DNA from: a virus
Taxonomy: Duplodnaviria > Caudoviricetes
Length of the DNA stretch: 64,000 nucleotides
Strand: one strand, 5' to 3'
Virus record (IMG/VR): IMGVR_UViG_3300014204_000127
Coordinates: 1-64,000 of that record
This document shows positions 56,512-64,000 of the stretch, one piece after another. Every line of letters begins with the position of its first letter. Positions within the stretch are counted from its first letter, which is position 1. A program made the position numbers and the translations under genes. The notes beneath the pieces were generated by a model. That model made no database searches, was not told where the DNA came from, and was given only the letters and a program-made list of their open reading frames with translations.

Positions 56512-57093
56512 TCATAGATTGTAAATATATACCACTTTTCCAGCAGTTTCTTTATAGTATGCTTCACCAGTTGCCAATGCGTCTCTCAATCTAATGGCAT
56601 ATGGTTTTAGTTTACCCTTATAAAAGGTTCTAATGGCTTTATCATGGTATCTTTTGCCATTGTGTATAATAACTTTTGCACCTTTTATTGTACCCAAACA
56701 CTTAAAATTACTGGCTTTATATATGGTACCCTCGTGTCCATACTCCATATCAGCATATGACACAACAATTCCATCAGATTTCCAGTCCTTTTTTAGCATT
56801 CGTAGAGCTTTACCTATAAAATAGCTTTCTGTGTTCTTAGGCGTATCATTTATACAACAAAGTCTACGAAGCTCTATTATGTTTTCTGGATTATCAGTAT
56901 ATTTCTTCCACTGATTTGCCATAGCAAGCCTACCAAAAAACAAAGCCCCCTTTAATACATCTCTATCATAAAGTCCATAACAATAATCAGTTATACAACC
57001 ATTTATTGAGCCAGAGTAATGATTCTTTTCAATAAAAGATTCTATTTCTTTTCTTTCAACTTGTTTTACAATCCATGTACGAAGTTCACTCAT
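56512..57093 (-). CDS. Mom-like adenine-modifying acetyltransferase
   Basis: NHYS, ELRRLC, PKNTES, VSYAD...HEGTIYKASNF. Confidence 0.82.
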   Translation of the reverse strand: MSELRTWIVKQVERKEIESFIEKNHYSGSINGCITDYCYGLYDRDVLKGALFFGRLAMANQWKKYTDNPENIIELRRLCCINDTPKNTESYFIGKALRMLKKDWKSDGIVVSYADMEYGHEGTIYKASNFKCLGTIKGAKVIIHNGKRYHDKAIRTFYKGKLKPYAIRLRDALATGEAYYKETAGKVVYIYNL

Positions 57094-57331
57094 TATATGT
57101 TTTTCATGTTTCCATAAACCATACAAGTTTAGATTAACTTATAAATATAAGCTACTTTAGAAAATAGTCTATTTCGTTCTGTGTTAAATTATCTTTTGCC
57201 ATAATATTTGCCCCCCCCTCCATGTACCCAAAAAGGATTTCCATTGGGAGGAATCCATATTCTATACCCACGGGGTTGCATTTTACCTGCTTTTACTTCT
57301 ATATCTAGTGAACTCGCCACTGGTATGTTAT

Positions 57332-57991
57332 TCATTTTACTATCTCATATTCCATAAGTGTAGGTCCGTTTGCCATAGCAAAAGCATAAAAACGTTCTGG
57401 GGTGTCTATTAATATGTATCTGGTTTTTCCACTGCGTTTTGATACCTTTTTCTTGTCAGAATAGAACCATTCTACAAAAAATTCAATATCTATACCATAA
57501 AGATTACATATTGTCTCACAAATAATATCGGATGACAGTTCTATATTACGAACTACATGACTACCCATATCAAACCCAAATTCAATAAGTTCCCTACTTT
57601 TCTTGTCCAACGTAAGAACATTGTTTAACAGTTCCACAAAGTTTTCCTTTGTGGTAGCATTTGTAATCTCTTTTGTTGATTCCTCACAAGAACTTGCCGT
57701 GATGCCATTAACATTGTTTTTTGTCATTTTTGTTTCCTTTTTCTTTGAATTTTTTATATATCCTTTTTCCTTACACATGGGACTGGAACAAAAATAGGAG
57801 GCGTAATCCCCATTTTTATTTTTGCATAAAACAACCACAGAACCACAAAATGGACAATTTTTTAAGGCAGTCTTTAGTAGAGGTTCTTCCCTCTTTGTTC
57901 TTCCCATTGCCCGTAAAAGTGATGTTTGAAATGATACTACTTCTTTGTGGCCATTATGACTACAGTTTTCATATTCTATTGCTGCTTCCAT
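57332..57991 (-). CDS. hypothetical protein with Lar-like CPFCG zinc motif
   Basis: LKNCPFCG; may be two fused genes (internal RBS before MTKNN). Confidence 0.6.
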   Translation of the reverse strand: MEAAIEYENCSHNGHKEVVSFQTSLLRAMGRTKREEPLLKTALKNCPFCGSVVVLCKNKNGDYASYFCSSPMCKEKGYIKNSKKKETKMTKNNVNGITASSCEESTKEITNATTKENFVELLNNVLTLDKKSRELIEFGFDMGSHVVRNIELSSDIICETICNLYGIDIEFFVEWFYSDKKKVSKRSGKTRYILIDTPERFYAFAMANGPTLMEYEIVK

Positions 57992-58013
57992 TTTTGTTTC
58001 CTTTTAATTATAA

Positions 58014-58084
58014 AGCTAGGGGCGGGAATCGAACCCACATCTCCCACTTGTTGTAGGTATTTTTCCGATTTAAACTACCCCAAC
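58014..58084 (-). tRNA. tRNA-Gly-like RNA with 5-nt anticodon loop (non-decoding or pseudo-tRNA)
   Basis: Acceptor GTTGGGG/CCCTAGC+U, T arm GTGGG-TTCGATT-CCCGC, CCTAC-AACAA-GTGGG; promoter directly upstream. Confidence 0.7.
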
Positions 58085-58134
58085 CATGTCATAATATACC
58101 ACAATATTTTTAAAAAGCAAGTACATTTTATAAA

Positions 58135-58317
58135 TTATTTACATTTTTCATAACTATCATACACATCTTTTACAAAAAATCTATATTTTTCTATAATATA
58201 ATTGAGTTCATGTTCTTTGGCAAACTGTACATAGCTGACTATGTAACCACTATCTAGTTTTTCATGCACGTGTACCATTGTGCCATTTTTTAGATATTTT
58301 ATTGAACTATACAACAT
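58135..58317 (-). CDS. hypothetical protein
   Basis: ORF track. Confidence 0.5.
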   Translation of the reverse strand: MLYSSIKYLKNGTMVHVHEKLDSGYIVSYVQFAKEHELNYIIEKYRFFVKDVYDSYEKCK

Positions 58318-58463
58318 CTTTAGATTAAATCCTTATAATAATACAAAAGGTTATATATATTGCACTCACACTTGTCGCCAACAAACCCAGAAAAGACACC
58401 ATCCACACTGCATAGCAGCACCATATAATAAAATCATCATTCCTAGAAGTATTAACAGATGTT

Positions 58464-58955
58464 TCATTTTCCTGTACTCCCAAAACCCCCTTTTCTGTCC
58501 GTCTTTTGAACTGGTTTTTCGGATATAGTTTCTATGGTTATTTCATTGTTTTTAACAAGCCCCCCCTGACACAAACGGGTTCCTGATTCAATTTCAATAA
58601 ATCTATCAGTAGTATTATACATCTGGACAATCACCTCATGTACATAATCACTATCAATTATACCCACAGAATTGGCCAAAATAAGTCCTGTCTTTAGAGG
58701 CGTGCTACTGCGTACATACATTTTTACATGATATCCCTTTGGAATATCAAAAATATATCCAGTTGGTATAAGACAAATAGACTGAGGAGGGAGGCTGAAA
58801 ATATATTTTCCATTTTTCAAATGTATTAATCCCCTTCCCTTTATTTCCGAATTGGTGTTAAAATTAACAGGAATATCAAAACATGCTGAACCCTGTGTGG
58901 CTATTTTGGGTGTTTCTATACCCCCAAGCAATTTATAAACCTTTAGTGTATCCAT
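58464..58955 (-). CDS. dut: trimeric dUTPase
   Basis: SACFD, RSS, GIIDSDY, RLCQG, RKGGFGSTG. Confidence 0.95.
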   Translation of the reverse strand: MDTLKVYKLLGGIETPKIATQGSACFDIPVNFNTNSEIKGRGLIHLKNGKYIFSLPPQSICLIPTGYIFDIPKGYHVKMYVRSSTPLKTGLILANSVGIIDSDYVHEVIVQMYNTTDRFIEIESGTRLCQGGLVKNNEITIETISEKPVQKTDRKGGFGSTGK

Positions 58956-58962
58956 AGTTATA

Positions 58963-59313
58963 TCAATTTTCCTTTCCTACTATTTTTACTTTATATCCCA
59001 ATTCTTTACTTATTTCATTAACAGTCATTTCTTTTATGGGGTCAGGTTTTGGAGAGGCACCATCAAGTTCATGTGCGTGTTCTAGTACCCAATATGGGGA
59101 AACCACATAGCAATTTTCTGCGCTTCCATCCCATATTTTAAAAACCATACCACCACGCAAACTACACGAATTAAGCCATATAAATTTTATATCGTCTCGT
59201 AAATATGTTCCGGCATGTGGAATGTGCCATGCGAATCCAGCACTAAACAATGCCTCTTGGACTTTTTTAGATAATTCCTCATCTTTTCCAATGGGTATAA
59301 AATATTCTTTCAT
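58963..59313 (-). CDS. hypothetical protein (module shared with 20254)
   Basis: VQEALFSAGF; EMTVNEISKELGYKVKIV tail. Confidence 0.78.
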   Translation of the reverse strand: MKEYFIPIGKDEELSKKVQEALFSAGFAWHIPHAGTYLRDDIKFIWLNSCSLRGGMVFKIWDGSAENCYVVSPYWVLEHAHELDGASPKPDPIKEMTVNEISKELGYKVKIVGKEN

Positions 59314-59326
59314 ATCAATTTTCCTT

Positions 59327-59767
59327 TCATAATGCCAATAGCATTAACGCTTTTTTGTATTTTTCTATCTGACTATTTGAGGGGCTGTCTGTTAGATTGT
59401 CCAATATGTCAGCCGTTTTTATCATTCTTACCATTATATCACACTTTGTAAGTTCTTCAATATAATTCTCATATTTTATTTCTTTATTTTTGGTCAAATG
59501 TCTCACAAAATATAAAACTGTATCAGGAATGCCACTGTCCTTTAAAGACATTTCAGTGCATTTTGTGTCCTCAAGTACGTCATGCAACCATGCGGCAGCA
59601 ATAGCATCACTATCTTGTGTATACTTGGATACAAGACCTACAACACGTTCAGGATGCTTGATATAGGGTTCTTTTATACCAAACCTATTAGGTCGCCTAT
59701 ACTGCCCCTCGTGGGCTTTTGTTGCAATTTCTTTTGCAAATTCTACAATATCTGTGTTATTTTCCAT
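59327..59767 (-). CDS. HD-domain (p)ppGpp-hydrolase-like protein (Mesh1/SpoT HD)
   Basis: AHEGQYR, PYIKHP, WLHDVLEDT, IKTADILDN. Confidence 0.88.
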   Translation of the reverse strand: MENNTDIVEFAKEIATKAHEGQYRRPNRFGIKEPYIKHPERVVGLVSKYTQDSDAIAAAWLHDVLEDTKCTEMSLKDSGIPDTVLYFVRHLTKNKEIKYENYIEELTKCDIMVRMIKTADILDNLTDSPSNSQIEKYKKALMLLAL

Positions 59768-59773
59768 GTTATT

Positions 59774-60271
59774 TTAATTTCCTTTATAAAATTCCAAATG
59801 AGGATAATCAACATTAATATCAACATCCTTATCATCATTGTCATTGCCAGTTAATATAAAGCTCCTGTTCGAAAAGAGGTAGCTCAATAAAGTATCCTCC
59901 GAATTACAAACAGTTTCCACATAATCGACCAATTCTTCAACATTGTGTTCAATGTAATAATCATATCCCCCATATTCCCCTTCTTGGGGTTTTTCCTGAA
60001 AGTCACATTTTACATTGTTTGATTCCAAATAATGTTTAATCTGTTGAGTGTATTCCTCTAGAAGATTTAGTTCCAAAAGTGCCGTATATAGGTATGATGC
60101 TTTTTCTTGTGGGGTGTCAAGTTTGCGTACTTCCCATCCAAATTCCCCAAACTTAAAATATATTTTCTTAGGGGTTTCTACATTTGACATATCAAAATCA
60201 GAAGCAATACATATGCTGTGCGTACTACTTGAATTTGTTTCAAAAACACCTTTTCTTGTCGTTCTTTTCAT
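59774..60271 (-). CDS. conserved phage protein (RKGVFETNSSSTHS family)
   Basis: Characteristic N-terminus. Confidence 0.85.
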   Translation of the reverse strand: MKRTTRKGVFETNSSSTHSICIASDFDMSNVETPKKIYFKFGEFGWEVRKLDTPQEKASYLYTALLELNLLEEYTQQIKHYLESNNVKCDFQEKPQEGEYGGYDYYIEHNVEELVDYVETVCNSEDTLLSYLFSNRSFILTGNDNDDKDVDINVDYPHLEFYKGN

Positions 60272-60702
60272 TTTAATGTTCCTTTATACTCTGCTAACAC
60301 ATTTCCTTTTCTGTCATAGTATACCATATCCCATGTCGGATGGCAATTAGAATTTTCACCATTATCAAATAAAATATCAAAATTTTGACTATCATTGCCA
60401 TTTACAAGAGTTCCATAGTTTTTGCCACATTTTACACGCATTCCTGCAAAAACAAAAGGAAGCTCCCTTTTGCTTGCAACCTCTTGTATTCTTTTGGCAT
60501 TTTCATGTGGTATTCTAATGCCCTTTTGTAGTATTTGACATCGTATATCAAGATAGTCAATACCACAATCCCCATACTCTCTATAATATTCCATTTTTGC
60601 CTGTCCCCTTGTCTTGGCATAAAAGGTAGAAGGATACTCTGGATAGGAGCACCAAATACTATATGTACTCATGGGCAATATATTTAATAGTTCTTTTTTC
60701 AT
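60268..60702 (-). CDS. hypothetical phage protein
   Basis: AKTRGQAK, NCHPTW motifs. Confidence 0.75.
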   Translation of the reverse strand: MKKELLNILPMSTYSIWCSYPEYPSTFYAKTRGQAKMEYYREYGDCGIDYLDIRCQILQKGIRIPHENAKRIQEVASKRELPFVFAGMRVKCGKNYGTLVNGNDSQNFDILFDNGENSNCHPTWDMVYYDRKGNVLAEYKGTLK

Positions 60703-60890
60703 TTTGATGCCCCTTTTAATGTTCCTTTTGGCAAATTAGCATCCCTGTCTACATAAATGTAAACTATCTTTTCTTTTTTAGAATTGCCCTTTTCTATTGC
60801 CTCTGATATACTTCCCACCCACATACTTATAATGAGTACAATAAGTAAGAATAAAAGAACTTTTCCACTAAACGTAAGTTCTACATCCAT
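60699..60890 (-). CDS. small membrane protein
   Basis: TM segment. Confidence 0.6.
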   Translation of the reverse strand: MDVELTFSGKVLLFLLIVLIISMWVGSISEAIEKGNSKKEKIVYIYVDRDANLPKGTLKGASK

Positions 60891-60923
60891 TTTATTTTCC
60901 TTTTAATAAAAATTATTTACCAT

Positions 60924-61628
60924 TTAAACAGTTCTATTCATTTCCATAAGCACACGCTTAATTTTTTTGATATCCTGTTCTCTCTTAGACATTTTTGCCT
61001 GTGTTCTAACTGGAGAAAGCATCCTAGAACTTGACCATTCTTTAAATACTCTATATTTTAATACACGTCTTGACAAATTATATTGTTCAACCCATTCTGA
61101 CACATATTTTACTCTCCCCCCTACAGCAAGTTTCTTATGCTCCCTCCAATAACAGTTAGAAGGGGTAAAGTTCTTGCTCCTGTCTTTTCTGGTAAGTGTG
61201 GTGTGGTCTCTATATCCATTTTCCATAGCCCATCTAACAAACTTTTCAAAATCCATCCAAGCCCTGCACATATGTATACCCTTGCTACCATAATAGGCGT
61301 ATTCATATGAATTCTTATTATAACACCCTTCCTTTATATCTGTCCAAGCATGGTATATCTTTGTTTTTGCCAATCCCATTTTGCTTTTGTAGCCACATCC
61401 ACAACTTTTCATACCTTTACAGCTAATATGGTCATATGTAAGTATTTTTTCTTTTTTGCAAGAGGGACATATAGCCTTCCACACAGAGGAAGCAGTTCCT
61501 TTTCGCACACCCACTCTTTCTAAGAGTTTAAATCCATTAACCACTCTACCATATCTACGTTTGATATATTTTGGGGTTTTGATGCGTTTGATATCTTTCA
61601 ACTTAATTTCCAAATTAATTCCTTTCAT
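60924..61628 (-). CDS. phage HNH-family endonuclease-like protein, degenerate active site
   Basis: KSCGC, YYGSKGI.MC..W, F..WA..NGY, PSNCYW; DRID motif reads TRKD. Confidence 0.7.
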   Translation of the reverse strand: MKGINLEIKLKDIKRIKTPKYIKRRYGRVVNGFKLLERVGVRKGTASSVWKAICPSCKKEKILTYDHISCKGMKSCGCGYKSKMGLAKTKIYHAWTDIKEGCYNKNSYEYAYYGSKGIHMCRAWMDFEKFVRWAMENGYRDHTTLTRKDRSKNFTPSNCYWREHKKLAVGGRVKYVSEWVEQYNLSRRVLKYRVFKEWSSSRMLSPVRTQAKMSKREQDIKKIKRVLMEMNRTV

Positions 61629-61713
61629 ATGTAATAAAAAACTACTTGTTTTACATAGTATATCTGGTATCTATAAAAAGTCAAGTATTTTCTTTCAGTA
61701 CATATAAATAAAA

Positions 61714-62325
61714 TTATACCTGTTGTTCTTTTGATTCCCTATATCTTTTTATACCATAAACTATTGCAAACAGACACCAGATGTACCTATATGTGTAGTC
61801 TTCCGTGCCACCGCCTCCAAAACATTCGCCAAAATTCTCAAAAGTGTGTCCATGTGGTGACTTATAGTCCCAAATCTTTTGGGCAGCCACATCAATGCTT
61901 TTTATGTCCTCGGATTTAATATGAAAATCAACATCCTCTTTAACCCCAATCTTTTCTTCGTCACTTTCATACTCCCAATAGTCCTCTATGTACTCATCCA
62001 CACACTTACAGAAAGCATCAAAATCAAACTTTTTGTACCCATCACATCTGTCAACGCCCTCTAGTTTTTCTGCCCAATATCCTGGATTTATAGAACCTGT
62101 TCCAAAGAAATTAAACATATCATGGGCTCTTTCAAAAACATATGTTCCATAGTCACCAGAAATACAAAGATAATCAGGCCAAGTAGTTAGATAAAAGAAA
62201 CCCTCTCGTGTATCGGGCATCTTAAACAAAATATTCCTATGAACACCTGAATCCATGTTTATAGTCATTTCATACTTTTCAGCATATTTATCAAAATCTT
62301 CTTTTATTTTCTCATAATTTTGCAT
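61714..62325 (-). CDS. conserved hypothetical phage protein
   Basis: TWPDYLCISGDYG, INPGYWAEK. Confidence 0.82.
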   Translation of the reverse strand: MQNYEKIKEDFDKYAEKYEMTINMDSGVHRNILFKMPDTREGFFYLTTWPDYLCISGDYGTYVFERAHDMFNFFGTGSINPGYWAEKLEGVDRCDGYKKFDFDAFCKCVDEYIEDYWEYESDEEKIGVKEDVDFHIKSEDIKSIDVAAQKIWDYKSPHGHTFENFGECFGGGGTEDYTYRYIWCLFAIVYGIKRYRESKEQQV

Positions 62326-62339
62326 ATTATTTATTCCTA

Positions 62340-62642
62340 TTAAACAATTTCACCAGTTTCAATAAACTTAATTAAAATAGGTAGTAACTGTTCAACCTGT
62401 TTTTTTGTAAGGTGCATTCTAGTAGTTAGTAGCACATCATCTGAAATGGGGTACTTTACCCACCCCGTACCATTTTTCACAACCTTACTTGCCATTATTC
62501 GAGGATTAGCATCATCAACACCCATCCATATAGCATCCTTATCCCCAATAGAACTTTTTTGAATAGAACATTTTTCACCATAATAGTCTGTAAATTCTAT
62601 ATTATCAAACCCTCTATGTGTCTTATTTGTTTTCAGCTTCAT
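62340..62642 (-). CDS. conserved hypothetical phage protein
   Basis: RGF..IEF.D.Y...CSIQKSS, TRMHL. Confidence 0.82.
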   Translation of the reverse strand: MKLKTNKTHRGFDNIEFTDYYGEKCSIQKSSIGDKDAIWMGVDDANPRIMASKVVKNGTGWVKYPISDDVLLTTRMHLTKKQVEQLLPILIKFIETGEIV

Positions 62643-62643
62643 G

Positions 62644-63102
62644 TTATTTATCCGTATTTTGTTCCTGTTTTAGTGTACCACGCACACCCATTAGTATTCT
62701 GCCCAACCAGTTTTCGCCAACTCCGTTGCAAACACCCCAAAAAGTATCTTTCCAGTAGTTTCTTTCGACTATTTCGCCCTCTATTTCCAACAGCTTTACA
62801 GCAATATCTGAATTATATAAGAATTTCTTATACACCAATTCCATCATTATATCTGTTTGCAAATCGTGCCAATTATCCCTTAATTTTAGTGTTTTTCCAT
62901 AATGTTTGGACTCACTTGGCCTATATATGGTAGAAATATACATATGTATGTTGGTATCGTCTGTCTTTGACGCAACAAAGGCATGTTCAGTAGATGGGAA
63001 CCAAATGCCATTATAGTCTACTTTATTCTTTAGTAGATACATATTGGAAAGAAACCCAAATTCATCTCTAAATGCTGGTATTTTTTCTACTGGCATTCGC
63101 AT
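62644..63102 (-). CDS. NADAR family protein
   Basis: FLSN, EHAF, LRDNW, KF, DTFWG...GENWLGRILM. Confidence 0.9.
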   Translation of the reverse strand: MRMPVEKIPAFRDEFGFLSNMYLLKNKVDYNGIWFPSTEHAFVASKTDDTNIHMYISTIYRPSESKHYGKTLKLRDNWHDLQTDIMMELVYKKFLYNSDIAVKLLEIEGEIVERNYWKDTFWGVCNGVGENWLGRILMGVRGTLKQEQNTDK

Positions 63103-63103
63103 A

Positions 63104-63358
63104 TTATTTATCCTTTACACGTTCTATAAACTCAGTAAGTGCATCCTCAAGTTCATCATGTGTATTGACTATTTGGTGTTGTTTTTCCACAACCCTTTTA
63201 TTGCACACACGATACATGGATACATCTAAAGAGGCATCTGATATAAAATCATTGTCCCTAACATGCTTCAACAGTTTAAACCAATTATCAGGCGTTATTG
63301 GTACTTCCTCATGCATTTCACCATTATTAACAATTACTTTTGGCATGCTATCATACAT
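63104..63358 (-). CDS. hypothetical protein
   Basis: ORF track. Confidence 0.6.
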   Translation of the reverse strand: MYDSMPKVIVNNGEMHEEVPITPDNWFKLLKHVRDNDFISDASLDVSMYRVCNKRVVEKQHQIVNTHDELEDALTEFIERVKDK

Positions 63359-63360
63359 CC

Positions 63361-63621
63361 TTATTTATTTGTATCGTTTCTATCATTTGCGTTAAACTCT
63401 ATAATCTTTATTCCATGTTGTTCAATCTTTTCTCTTATCTCATCAAACTTTGTGTTCTTGCCCCATATTTCAACAACATCACTGGCAAGAACTTTGATTC
63501 TTATTCTATTTTTATTTATTATACATGGTTCATTATCAATGTCAACCCTATTTCTAACAAAAATAGAAATATTTTTAGAATCATATTCAAAAACACAATA
63601 TTTATTGATAAGTTTAAGCAT
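63361..63621 (-). CDS. hypothetical protein
   Basis: ORF track. Confidence 0.55.
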   Translation of the reverse strand: MLKLINKYCVFEYDSKNISIFVRNRVDIDNEPCIINKNRIRIKVLASDVVEIWGKNTKFDEIREKIEQHGIKIIEFNANDRNDTNK

Positions 63622-63622
63622 T

Positions 63623-63832
63623 TTACTTTCTTGTATTCCAATACTTTACAGCATTTTCAATGGTCTGTTCATCAGCATCACCAGGGTCGTCCATAAAAAG
63701 GAAGTGTGCTGGACAATCTTGATTAGAACACCCTAGATCAAAATACTCCCCATAATGGTCGCTCTCTATCTTAATATATCCATCTGAACCACAGAAAGGA
63801 CATGATTTTAGTTTATAATTTTTAGTATTCAT
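63623..63832 (-). CDS. Lar-like restriction-alleviation zinc protein
   Basis: LKSCPFCG...C...C...A...WNTR. Confidence 0.75.
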   Translation of the reverse strand: MNTKNYKLKSCPFCGSDGYIKIESDHYGEYFDLGCSNQDCPAHFLFMDDPGDADEQTIENAVKYWNTRK

Positions 63833-64000
63833 TCATACTTCCTTTATGTCCAAAGATAACTTCTTATTTTAACAAGCCTTATCAACATATATGTGTCGGT
63901 CTGCATCCTACACCTCTCATCGGAAAAATCAACATCATCTGAAAACCACTCTTTTTCTCTCTTTTTCCACCAATCATACAGAAATCTGATTTCTTTGGCA

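Noticed and set aside
1-64000. Most plus-strand ORFs in the six-frame track (e.g. 294..560, 6567..7007, 12505..12969, 63263..63736)
   Set aside because: Antisense shadows of well-supported minus-strand genes, with no RBS or motifs; only tnpB 13765 and the GIY-YIG gene 49705 are accepted
1-64000. CRISPR array or cas genes
   Set aside because: No run of identical repeats with unique spacers; the 35-bp-period boxes have only two units each
1-64000. Stop-codon reassignment
   Set aside because: Conserved genes are full length in code 11 and all three stop codons end genes

Overview
AT-rich segment of a large (probably jumbo) tailed dsDNA bacteriophage, standard genetic code. Nearly all genes are short and on the minus strand, many with their own sigma70-type promoter (TTGACA-N16/17-TATAAT-like) and an AGGAG ribosome binding site. 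Recognisable genes: terminase large subunit with a class 3 LAGLIDADG intein, DRB0094-type RNA ligase, two PNK-like P-loop kinases, three metallophosphoesterases, GroES, ClpP, radical SAM, SprT, DenV-like glycosylase, a frameshifted DNA methyltransferase, a CoaE-HD-CoaD fusion, SpeD, a BCS1-like ATPase, a Mom-like acetyltransferase, dUTPase, a Mesh1-like HD hydrolase and NADAR. Mobile elements: an IS607 (tnpA-tnpB) that splits a phage ORF, a solo IS200/IS605 tnpB with omegaRNA, and a GIY-YIG endonuclease gene that appears to have replaced most of a nucleotidyltransferase gene. The most unusual signal is non-coding. A ~1.35 kb array (18905-20250) holds about eight discrete structured RNA candidates and ends in an expanded tRNA-Leu-like RNA. 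Elsewhere there are further candidate RNAs (a 32-bp terminal-duplex RNA, a kissing-loop RNA, two possibly homologous RNAs, a tRNA-Gly-like RNA with a 5-nt anticodon loop) and a perfect chromosomal-type parS palindrome. All protein calls are by motif recognition and all RNA structures were paired by eye; no searches or folding programs were run.
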